DNA of 64,000 bases from contig NIVC01001242.1 in the NCBI GenBank assembly GCA_002269645.1, positions 124,001 through 188,000 on the forward strand, in the 5' to 3' direction. The position numbers and the translations under genes are program-made. How positions within the stretch are numbered: position 1 is the stretch's first letter; every line of letters starts with the position of its first letter. Shown piece after piece: positions 1-11,479 of this stretch. The DNA is from Macrostomum lignano. Its lineage: Eukaryota. Below the pieces are notes generated by a model. It saw only the letters and a list, made by a program, of their open reading frames with translations, did not search any database and was not told the origin of the DNA.

Positions 1-86
1 CCCTCCCCCTCGAGAGAAAGCATCAATATTTGCAAGTAGCTAGTAGCACTTATTTCGGCGCCAAAAGCGCTACATTTTAGCGCTTC

Positions 87-185
87 AGACACTCATTTTA
101 GCAACGCAGACACTCATTTTACCAACGCAGACACTCATTTTACCAACGCAGACACTCATTTTAGCAACGCGGACACTCATTTCGG
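87..185. repeat. 21-bp minisatellite, same family as the 28998-29372 MITE core (inverted)
   Basis: The unit GCAGACACTCATTTTAGCAAC is approximately the reverse complement of GCTAAAATGAGTGTCTGC. Confidence 0.85.
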
Positions 186-369
186 CACCATTCGCTAAAA
201 AAACTAAAAAAATTTCTAGGCGTTTGAATTGCCACAAAGTATGTTTATATGAGCGCATAAAAATGTATATTTGCATTACTGCAGTAAATTGCGAGCATGG
301 CCTGAAACGCAACATCTTTCATTTCTCTCAAGTTCGGATGCATTTAGAAAACTGGCATAGCAGACTCAC

Positions 370-466
370 CATCTGTTCGTCTGTCACGCAAAACCGAAGC
401 AGCCACAGCTGCTTGGTGCACAAAAATGAGCAAAATCAGATGCTGCAGCGAACACCACGACAGCAT
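370..466 (-). CDS. Gene Z, first coding exon (signal peptide) of an EGF-array paralogue that continues beyond the window's left edge
   Basis: ATG at 466 gives MLSWCSLQHLILLIFVHQAAVAASVLRDRRTD, then a phase-1 GTGAGT donor at 369. It is clearly paralogous to the gene A leader exon (5136-5226), and the upstream region is duplicated too. Confidence 0.75.
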
Positions 467-1782
467 AATTGTATTCGATGATAAACCGTTTTGAGCTGAT
501 TGCAAAGCTGGGCCAAGGCTCGATTGGAAGTTTTACAGTTTGATATACAGCTGAAAAGGGTTTATGAGGCTAAATATTCACTTTCGTTAACAGCTTCTCC
601 TAACAAAAAATGCTGCAAGAAGACACGAAGGTATGGTTTTCTAATCAAACTGCTCTTAGCTAACGATCAGATAGCAGAGCTCACTGCGTTTGAAACAAAT
701 CAACGATTTCCAGCTTTTCTGTAAAAATACTCCAAAAATGGTGGTCAATATTGCGGCTTCTAAACGTTCTTATGGTATTTCAAATTCTATAAACTCAAAC
801 AAAGGCAAACTTAAATTTAAATATTTTAAGCTTTAAATATTGCTATCCAAGGTTTCTTTAAATGGGTAAAATGTCCTTTTACAATGAAGCTCACAATGTC
901 TCACAAGCACAACAATCAGTGCTTATTTATACAGCTAAAATAAAAAATACAAAATAATCTGAATAACAACTTAAAATACGAATTGAATGTTTTGATTCGT
1001 GCACACGAGCTTGTATTTCTTGTTGCCTTTGTTGCTGTTGATCTCTGAAAAAATAATAAAATAATTTTGTGTGGGTGAAAAAAAATTATCAGTATATTTA
1101 TACTTAAAGTATCTTGAATAAAACTATTCTAAAGGACAATCAGCCATGATGATAAAACTTATTGAGATTTGTTTATCAGATGAGAATACTGGTACAACGG
1201 TTCGATCACAAAATATTTCAGTATTAGAAATATTAATCGAAACTGCAATTCGTGTATCAAGATATTAGCAGCAGTGCTACTTGTCTAGAAAGAATGATGG
1301 TATACTTTACTCAAAAACTTCAAAAACTAAAAAAATAACAAGGCAACATGATTTTTTAATAAATGGCATTGTTTATTGCGATATGTACAGTTATGAATTT
1401 TCCTGCATCTGCTTCGAACGAGAACGCAGTATTAAAATGACTGCCGTCCTTCGATCCGAGGACCGAAATAATGCTTCATAAAGTCATTAAATTTAACTAC
1501 CAACAAGATGTGGCCAAAGCGACTTGGGTATTGTAGTATAAACACAGATATCATCCAACCGACCACCACAACTACTATCTACAATATGCTCATCACAGTA
1601 CATGGTGATTTTAAAATAGAACAAAAAAGTGCAGGTACGCTCCTAGAAGGTTTTTGTTACTTTTATTTATCCTGTGATGATAAATTGTACAAAAAGCTAC
1701 GTTACTTGACACAGTTCTTTGACCATTTCAACATCCTAATTGGCTCATACAGACTCTACAATCCCAAGTAAAACACAGACAT

Positions 1783-4700
1783 TCACATTCCACAGCTGTC
1801 AAAATATTGAATTAAATTTTTCATTTGGCAAGTCGAAAGAAAGTACGAGATTAATACGAGACTACGAAGAGCCGGAGCCTTGCAGACGGCTCCGTTCTGA
1901 CACGGCTGTCCGAACCGCTCGCACTCGTTGATGTCGACTGAGCAGGTCGGGCCCTCGTAGCCGGGAAGGCAGTCGCAGGAAAAGCTCCTGACACCGTCGG
2001 TGCACCTGCCGCCGTGCTGGCACGGGCTCGATGCGCAGTCATCGATCTTGGAGCTGCAGGTGACGCCTTGGAAGTCGACACGGGAGCATTCGCAGGTGAA
2101 CCTGATTTAGAGTTGAAAAAGGCAGTTTGACACCGTAAATGTGTGTGATGATGATGTGAGAATCATAAAGAATTGACTGTTCGTTTCATTGCTTGATAAA
2201 CACCTGTTTCAGCTTTGCGTAGCTGTCAAAGGAAGATATTTGGTCTTCAATGTCTCTTTAGTAGGATTTTCCTAAAAACTGCTTACGGAATTCTACAATT
2301 ATTTATGTTACACGCACCACTGCGCAGGCATCTCTGAGGTTCAATATGAACCGAAACTTTTTTCTAGAATAAAATATTACGAGGCACCGAAACTTCACAG
2401 CTTTACAATCAAAGCTGTCTTTGTGAACCAAGATGGGAGAAAAGGACTAAGTCTAGAGAATTATCAAATCTCAAAATTTTGTTTGGGATAAATGTCTGCT
2501 AAAACGTCATTTTCGGAAGTGTTCTCAACCGCAACGTTGAAAACGTTAAGCATGTTAGGCAACGTTTCAAAAGTTTCCATTTTTAGAGTCGAATTCAATC
2601 TCAAAAAATTTGCAAACAAGTCTCGAAGTTACTTGAGCCGTTTCTGTTCCTGCCACTATTTTATCTTGTAGTGTCGGACCAAAACTTTGAACTGGCTTTG
2701 AACAGGGGCTTGGGGCATCCGGATAGGCTCGTAAGTTGGGAAGAAATCAAACTCGTGACGTTAACTATTTCTAAAAACTTAAGTTACATGTACTAGATGA
2801 CAAGAAAGCTGTTAGGGCATGTGAGAAAAGTCTAAACTAAATTCATTCTATCGTTAATATTGTCTAAATCAAAGACTTCTGAATCAGATGCAATTCAATG
2901 AAAAAAATGGTAGAAAATTCCAATCTGAGGCTTTGCGCATGCAAAAACACATCTGCAGCTACCTAATAGCTCAGAGCAACTCACGTGGAGTTTCCGTCGC
3001 TGCAGACACCGCTGTTCTGACAGGGCCCTGACAGGCAGTAGTCAGTGTCCACTGAGCAGTTCCTGCCCTCCCAGCCTGTGAAGCAGCTGCAGCTGTAGTC
3101 ATTCACCAAGTCTGAGCACACGGCGTTGGCGCAGGGCTTGCTGGCGCAGTCATCAATGTTGATCTCGCAGTCAGTGCCTGTGAAGTTAACAGAGAATTTC
3201 AAAAGTTTCAAGAAATCATCTTCTGCTTGCGCTCCGCTATTTAGCACAAATTTTGCAAAAAGGATCGAATTTCAAGCCGAGAATTATAAAAATACACAAA
3301 ATTTTGAAGATTTCTTATCGTCTTCCAGACAGTGCAGAACAGAAAACGGAAACCTGAACAATGCCATTAAAAGCAGCCTTTGAATTGAATGCTTCTGGCA
3401 ACCAGAGCACTGTGCACTAAAAGCATGTCTATCATACATGCATAGGCGTGCTAAAGATGAATAGCATTGTCTCAAACTGTCAAAAATTCTGACTGGTGGC
3501 AAAGCGATCAGCATCGATTTCTGGCCTGAAACATATTTCTTCCAAGGCTTGTGCGATGAACGGAAAGAGCTATCGAAACGTGACGATAGCGGAGTGGCGC
3601 CTCCGACTCTTAGGTGGGCGATCCTTTATCTGAGGTGGGCGCTCCTGTCTCTGAGGTGGGCGCTCCCGTCTCTGAGGTGGGCGTCCCTGTCTCTGAGGTG
3701 GGCGCTCCTGTCTCTGAGGTGGGCGTCCCTGTCACTGAGGTGGGCGTCCCTGTCTCTGAGGTGGGCGTCCCTGTCTCTGAGTTGGGCCCTCCTGTCGCTG
3801 AGGTGGGCGTCCCTGTCTCTGAGGTGGGCGCTCCTGTCTCTGAGGAGGGCGCCCCTGTCTCTGAGGTGGGCGTCCCTGTCACTGAGGTGGGCGTCCCTGC
3901 CTCTGAGGTGGCGCCCCTGCCTCTGAGGTGGGCGCTCCTGTCTCTGAGGTGGGCGTCCCTGTCTCTGAGGTGAGCGCCCCTGCCTCTGAGGTGAGCGCCC
4001 CTGTCTCTGAGGTGGCGCCCCTGTCTCTGAGGTGGGCGTCCCTGTCTCTGAGGTGAGCGCCCCTCCCTCTGAGGTGGCGCCCTAGTCCTAGCTACATGAA
4101 ATTCCACGGTCGGTGGTTGCCATTTCCAAGAGGTAGCAAAAGTTGAGCCCTTGTCATTTCGCGAGACTGTTTAAATATTTCATTCAGTTTTTAAGGAGAA
4201 GATTTTTGTTACGGTGCAATTCTTTTCCGTCCCATGCCTACCTGCGCCCTCTCTCTGCAGGTGTCTCTCTCTCTCCATTGAGTATTTTTAGCAATTCATT
4301 TGTTTGACTTGCATCCTTTCTGGCTGGGCATTTACCCCAAAATTTAAACGAGCAAAACAGAAAATCAATGTTTAATAATCGAAAATATTTCTATCATCAA
4401 CTCAATCTCGCAAGCAGTTACGCGTAGTTATACGGCGCTTCATTTTCAACTGGTTTTGCCCCACCTGGTCACCCACCTGTGTAGCCGGGAACGCAGCTGC
4501 AGTGATACCAGGGGCTTGTGTCTGTGTTGCTGCAGGTGCCTCCGTTTTGGCAGGGATTGCCTGATGTTGTAGTACAGTAGTTTATTCTATCAGTGCAATA
4601 AAAACCAGTGTACGCCTCAGTGCACAGACACGGAGGAGTGCTTGACGTCACAGCGCCCGGCCAGCAAACCCCGCCATTCTTGCAGTCGCCCTCGCTGCAG

Positions 4701-5226
4701 GCGGCTCGCCTCGTCCGCGCCAATTCGTTGGCGTTTCTGTCAATCTCTGCAAAACATACAAGCATACAAACAACTCATTTGTAGAATTTTTAAAAAATAT
4801 AAATAAAGCATATATGCTGATTAGTAAAAATAGCAATTATTTTTCCATAGTGCAGTTCAAGGCCGAAAAAGTTAGCCTAAGACTCAATGACATAAAGTAA
4901 GTTTTATTTTAACAAACTTATTCAGTTCGGCGGCAAAAACAATACAAATAAAAACTAAAAAGCACTTCTAGATTTTTGAATTGTCGCAAAGCATTTTTCG
5001 TTAGCTCATAAAATTATCAATTACATTACTTGAGTCAATTGAGACCATGGCCTGAAACGCCACATCTGGCACAGCTAATGCCTTTCACTTCTCTCAAGTT
5101 CGAATAGTTTTAGAAAACTGCCAGAGCGGACTCACCATCTGGTCGTCTGTCATGCGAAACCGAAGCAGCCACAGCTTGGTGCACAAAAACGAGCAAAACC
5201 AGCTGCTGTGGCCAACACCACATCAT
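1783..5226 (-). CDS. Gene A: signal peptide, furin site, 5 complete EGF repeats plus a truncated sixth, no TM (secreted form or truncated pseudogene), about 290 aa
   Basis: Exons 5226-5136 (MMWCWPQQLVLLVFVHQAVAAS), 4746-4477, 3177-2985 and 2101-1783. All introns are GT-AG with compatible phases 1/1/2. Ca-binding EGF motifs (IDDCASKPC, INEC) are present. The last exon runs out of an EGF (CQNGAVCK) into non-EGF sequence and stops at TGA 1785-1783. Confidence 0.7.
3612..4080. repeat. 21-bp minisatellite CTGTCTCTGAGGTGGGCG(T/C)CC in gene A intron 2
   Basis: About 22 units. The same family occurs at 22032-22268 and, inverted, at 62588-63108. Confidence 0.95.
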
Positions 5227-5884
5227 AATTGTATTTGATTAACTGTTTTAGTTTATTCCAAAGCTGGACCCAAGCTCGATTCGGAGTTTTATTGTTCGAT
5301 ATGTAGCTGAAACAAAGGTATGAGGTGAAATATTAATTTTTCCTAAAAGCGCGTTTCTAACAACGAATAATGCAAGACATGGAAAGCATTGCTTTTAAAT
5401 CACAAATACTCCTAGCATTTTGAACAAAACAATGCGTTTCAGGCCTTTCTTTGTATAAATATTCCAAAAACGTTGGTAAATCTGGGCTTCTAAAGGTTAC
5501 TGAGATGCTGAAATTCTATAAATTCAAACAAAACGTACAGATTTTAATATTCTGCCAACCAACATTTCTTAAAATTTGTAGAATTTTATTTTACAATGGA
5601 GCTAACAATGTCCCAGGAGCACAACAATCACTGATTACTTTTACGGCCATAAGTAAAAACACGAAAGAATCTGAATAAAGACTGATTTATTGAATTAAAA
5701 CTTTGATTTCGTGTACAAGAGTTTGTGCTTTTGATTGCTTTTGCTGCTATTGAACCGTGAAAAAAATCATGACGCAAAATATTGTAAAAGTGAAAAATAA
5801 CTGTAAAATTATCAAATAGTTCATAGTCAGAGTATCTTGAATAGATAAATTGTCAGAGGTGAGTTAGCGGAAATGATTAAAAGT

Positions 5885-6725
5885 TCTTTAGGTATACATT
5901 CTCATCCTTTTCCAGGTGTGGCTATGGAAAAGGAAGTCCAAGGATGCATTTCTCAGGCCGAGGCGAAGCCGAGGCCTTGAGAATATCATATCGAGAATAT
6001 CATCCAAGAATATTTGGAAAAAGGAGGAGAAAATATTTAACCTACTGAAAGCAAAAGACGCATCAATATCCAGTACATTTAGTCTGTGGCACAAGCTATG
6101 TGACTGACTGGCTAAAGTGCTGAGAACCCAACAGCAGTTCATCAATTTTTTTCGTCTCCTACATACATAACAGTAACATTTTACAATGCAAGACGACTTA
6201 GATCTAGTGTTAAGATATTTTGAAAGTAAAGAATCCGCAGCAACGAATCCTGCTACGAGTTGTCACCCGTCGGCCGCCACAGCTTGGACGGTTTTGTTCG
6301 TGAATTAACAACTCCCCTAACTGGAGTGACTGAAAGGTAATCAGTCTCTATACAAGACTTGCGCAAGTACTCTACACCGTGCTGGCTTCGATAGAGAGGA
6401 CATTGCTCGTGTTACAGGACACTCTTCGACAGCTATTGAGCGCTATATTCAGTTTCGCGTACAAGACCATGTTAAAGTATCGCATGCTCTTCTGGTGGTC
6501 AGTCATCAGTCATTTCTTACTATGTTAAACTTCCTGTTGTTGGATTTGTTAATTTACATTTGTTAAATGCAACTGTAGCAGGACTGAGAACCATTTCTCA
6601 GGCCTCGTTTGGGGACTGAGAAATGGTTCTCAGTCCTCCTACTACCGATAAATTACCATAGAAGTTGTTGTTCCTCGGGAAAAGGATGAGACTGGGAAAG
6701 AGGCGAGAAATACACTTTCTGTAGG
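5885..6725. mobile_element. Unclassified insertion upstream of gene A (absent from the paralogous region upstream of gene Z)
   Basis: The flanks 5227-5880 and 6730-7335 align with 467-1830 without this block. It contains CCGAGGCGAAGCCGAGG and a 27-bp-arm hairpin. Boundaries are approximate. Confidence 0.55.
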
Positions 6726-7639
6726 TTAAATTTACTTATTGGACAAAAATACCGGCACACCGGATGGACCGAAATGTATCACAGCATAAAAATGATTCAT
6801 AAAAACTGCAGCAATACAACTTGCTTAAAAGACATACAGGTATACTGTACTAAAAATAGTCTGAAGCAGGCTATATTCATTTTTATAATAAATGGCATTG
6901 TTTGTTTTATTGCGAGTATATACGAGTATTTAGTAGTTCACCTGCATCTGGTTTAAACGAGAACGCATTATTAAAATGACGTGTCGTCTTTCGATCCGAG
7001 GACCAAAATAATGCTTTAGAAAAGTCACTAAATTGAACTACCAACCAGATGTGACCACAGCAACTTGGGTATTGTAGAAAAAACACATATCATCCAACCT
7101 ATTTACAATACGCTCATAAACTTACGGAGCAATTTAAACATAGCACGGAAATAGTACACCTATAGGAGTTTCGTTGCCTTTATTTTAACCTGTGATGATC
7201 AATTGTACAAAAGACACAGCTGCTTGAACCATTTCAATATCCTAGAAGGCTCATACAGACCCTACACTCCCGAATTGCACACGGTCATTCAAATTCCACA
7301 GCTGTCAAAATATTATCTATAATTTTTCAATAGGCATAGCAGCATATCCTATGCTATAAATAACCTATGAAGGATTTCTTAACCGAGCTACGCTTTTGTA
7401 AGAAAGGGACTAAAAAAAATTGATTTGGAAAAATTTTAAACTAAAAAAAGCAAACACGAACGCTTTAAAAGTGCAAAAAAGTAAAAAAAGATTCGCAATA
7501 TAAAAAATTATCAGTTGGTCGAAAAAGCCAGCACTGGAGTAAAAAGCGACAAAAACTGATCAAACTCACACGGAATGTTTCAACGCTACGCTTTTAATAA
7601 ATATGGGATGTCTTCCGCAGAAAAAAAACTGTTGCATTC

Positions 7640-10600
7640 TCACTGAAAGCCTTGATTAGCGTAAATGGCAGGTGCGAAATCCGAGTTCTCATTTGCGTAT
7701 TCGCAACCTGCAGCTTCAGCAATGGAATCCAGCTGGACTGGTGGAAGCGGCAGGTTCTGTCGATTTTTCTGCAGGGGGCAAAGTAAAAACAATAAATATA
7801 TATACTTCGTATGATATTCACTCATTATCATCAACAAAAAACATGAAAGGTCTCGATTGATTTCTCTTCAGCGTTAGAATTTTGAAGGTCTACTCGGTAG
7901 TTTGTTCGTTAGTAATAACACACCGTTTTTTCTTTCAAAAGTTATACTCGTAACAAATGTCAAGGAAAGCGAACCGATATCTTACAATTGAAGCTTTGCA
8001 GAGCTCTTCAGTAGCTGAGGCATACTGATGCGCTGAGTCAGCATCCTGCACCTTGGCATTCTGTGTGGGCACCAATATTTTGAATATTATTGAGAATTAA
8101 AACCCACATCTCAAAATGTATTTCGAAATTCCACAGCAAAGCTTACACGTAAAATTTCATCAGTTGATGAAACTGTTGGTTCCGCATACTTGGCTGGCTT
8201 GGTTCGGGATAAATAGCCCTAAAATTGGCAAAACGATGATCGCAATTACAGTTCATGCGTCATTGTCGCAGATAGCACAATATTATAACAATCTCTGCAC
8301 TTACAAAACGGATTAAAAGACCCACCACGGCGACAGCGAGCGCAGCTGTGAAGACGACAGCCAGTGCACCCACAACTGCGCCTACAACTACTGAAGAGCT
8401 TCGTGATTCTAAAAAAATATAGAACTCATATTCAGTAAAACACCTCTGTAGGGCGTAGGCCGTGCGCTGCACTCTCTGCCCCACATTATTATTTATGACT
8501 CATTCTCTCGCCTAAACTTGTTTGTTAATTCTCGACCAATCGCGCATCGCTTCACCCCACCCCACAATATTAACTAAAAATATATAGTAAGTAAACAGAG
8601 CCATACAGAGGCCACCTTTTTTTCGGCACGCAAACCTAGACTTCACAACCTCACTCGAACATATAAAAAATAAAACGCTTAGCTACATGAAATTCGAAAG
8701 CGAGTTTTGCCATTTCCAAGAGGGGACAAAAATTGAGCCCTTTTCATTTAACGAGATTGTTTAAATCTTTTTTTTCAGTTTTTAGGGATAAAAATTTTGG
8801 TAAGGGTGCAATTTTATCCAACCCGCCTCCATTCGCTCTCTCTCAACCATTGAGTATTTGTAGCAATTCATTAGATTGGCTTACATCTTTTTTGCTATGC
8901 ATTTTGTCAAAAAGGTAAACCAACGAAACAAAAAATCAATATTTAACACTCAAATGGCTTTCTATTATTAATATATTTTCTCAGGCAATTCGCAGGTGCG
9001 TCAATTTCAACTGGCTTTGCCCCACCTGGTCACCCACCTGTGTAGCCGGGAACGCAGCTGCAGTGATACCAGGGGCTCGCGTCTGAGTTGCTGCAGGTGC
9101 CTCCGTTTTGGCAGGGATTGGTTCTTGTAGCGCCAGCGTCCGAAGATGTAGCACAGAAGTCTATTCTAACAGTGCAATAAATACCAGTGTACGCCTCAGG
9201 ACACAGACACGGAGGAACGCTTGACGTCACAGCACCCGGCCAGCAAATGCCTCCATTCTTGCAGTCGCCCTCGCTGCAGGCGGCTCGCCTCGTCCGCGCC
9301 AATTCGTTGGCGTCCTTGTCGAACTCTGCAAAACATTTTTGGGTTTATAATTATCAGAATTTATTTGATAGGTCAGATAATTCAGTAAAATCCGGTTTTT
9401 AGAAACCCAGCAACCAAAGCATGTTGTGCTAAAACTTCAATATCTATCATGCATATATGTATACTAGAGCTTGATAGTCGCAAGCTTGAAAGAAAATCTG
9501 GAGGATAACATTGATAGCTGCTGTGATGAACGCAGGAATTATAATTTGGGGGCTACCCTAAAGGGGAGACAATATTCGGATTAAAAAACTGAAATCTCGC
9601 TTGTATTGAAGATTACTCATGACATGATCAGCTGAGCACAATCAAAATTTGAATCGTTGCATCAGTGAGCAATGCGATTTGATTCGAGTACAATATGAGT
9701 AGATACGAGCTACGATAAAGAACCTGGACACGCAAGCATCCTAATAATGAAATAGAAATTCAAAACTTCCGAATGGTGGCAGAGCCAGTAGCAGCGGATC
9801 CTGAATTGAAACTGATTTCTTCTAAGACTTGTGCGATGAACAGAAGAAGCAATGGAAACGTGACGATAGCGTTTTGGCACCCCAAACACTTTGTTAGGCG
9901 CCCCTGTCTCTTGGTGGGCGCTCCGGACTCTTCAGTAGGAGCCCATATAAGAAACCGAAGACAGGACACACTACAAGATTTTTTAGTTTATAAAGCCAAA
10001 TTGATTTGATAGGGCATGCAGATTTGCTAATTAAGTCGCTTAAGCTTCATTGCCTCGGCTACATCAGCTAAAATTGTGACCTAAAAACTATTTTGTATCT
10101 AACAGTTGCGATTCTGAGAAAAACTGAGCAAATTTCATTTACGTTAGATTCATTTGGGGCTTGTGTGCACGGAAGTTGGCCCGGAGATTGTCGTGTGAAG
10201 CCAGCGCCACTGTACACCCTGTGCTCAGGAGTCGGTGGATTTGTCGTCAGCGCTGTCAGTGGGGGATGTCGTCAAAGGCGCTGCGCCAGGTTGCCTACAG
10301 TCCTAATTCAAATATTTTAGTTCGTATTTTATCAAAGCCTGACACATCAGGTGTGCGCGGGCTATGGAATCCATTGGATCCGGACAGACTGTCGCTCCGA
10401 TGAGCAGCCGAATATATTCTGGAATTGAAATGCTATCCAAAGACCAAGAGCTTTTCAGTGTCTGGATTTTAACAAGAACATGGCGTGTTATAGAGTTCAC
10501 ATCTGGGTCCTTCTCATGGGCTCTTAGGGTTATTTCGGTACTTTAATTGGCATTCGTATTATAAAAAAGCAAGCTTTACCGAAGAAAACATTAGCAAGCG

Positions 10601-10729
10601 TAAAAATCACGTCAACTCACCAGCTGATTGTAAATCCTTTGAAACGGACTTGGAAGAGACCAGAGATGCCAGGTTTAACATCAAGATTATTTCCAAAGTC
10701 AGTAGCAGCTGTGCTTTGCATGAAAACAT
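7640..10729 (-). CDS. Gene B: small type I membrane protein (signal peptide, RTRR furin site, 2 EGF, TM, 42-aa tail), about 209 aa
   Basis: Exons 10729-10621 (MFSCKAQLLLTLEIILMLNLASLVSS), 9325-9038 (two EGFs), 8408-8305 (TM VVVGAVVGALAVVFTAALAVAVVGLLI) and 7768-7640 (tail KNRQNLPLPP...EYANE...IYANQGFQ*). Splice sites are canonical and the 630-nt total is in frame. Confidence 0.8.
8455..8645 (+). repeat. Dispersed ~190-bp element (second copy at 55431-55623)
   Basis: GTAGGCCGTGCGCT...GACCAATCGCGCATCG...CGGCACGCAAA(C/T)CTAGACTTCAC is shared by both copies. Class unknown. Confidence 0.8.
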
Positions 10730-11479
10730 TGCGAATCAACGGTTATGTTTGATTGTGGTTTCTATTGAAGCTGCAATCAGTCTTGATCGACTTGGAGAAA
10801 TGTTCTCGAGGCATGAAGTATTAGTGCGATTTTTTATTTAGGATGCAACAAAGACCCAAGCCTCCAATTTCGAAGTTTTGAACTGATTAGAAAACATGAA
10901 GAACTAAAAACAGTGACGGCTTAAAAAATCATTAAAACTGTCGTCGTTACTAATTAATAATTATTTATTTATCGTGCAAATTACGAGCCACTAAAGACAT
11001 TTGCTTCATTTACAGCAAAATCTACGAAATAAATGAATTTGTTTTAATGCTTGGATAAATTGTATCGACGCTAAAACAGCGCAAAAATTGATTCACCGAT
11101 AACGTGGTCATGATTAGCGCCTTACTGATTACTGCCAAAAACTGGACAGTACTGGCTAATACTGTATTGTAAAGAACATGAAAGCTGTTCGCGAACTGAG
11201 TCTATGGAAAATACTCGTAATCAATTACTCGTGAGTATTGTGCTCAGAATCTAATGACATGCATTAAAATAAATATCATTTGTTTGTTTTAATCTAAGCG
11301 TCTAAAACTACAGAAAGTAGCAGCATTAAAATAATCGCAACCAACTGGAAAAATGAAATAAATAACAAATAAATCTAGATTAAACAGATGATACAAGTAA
11401 AGTAAGCTACAACTCTAAGCAATGTATGAATAAAAATGTTTTCGAAAATTGCGCGAAGTCTCATGAAATGGGATCGTCA

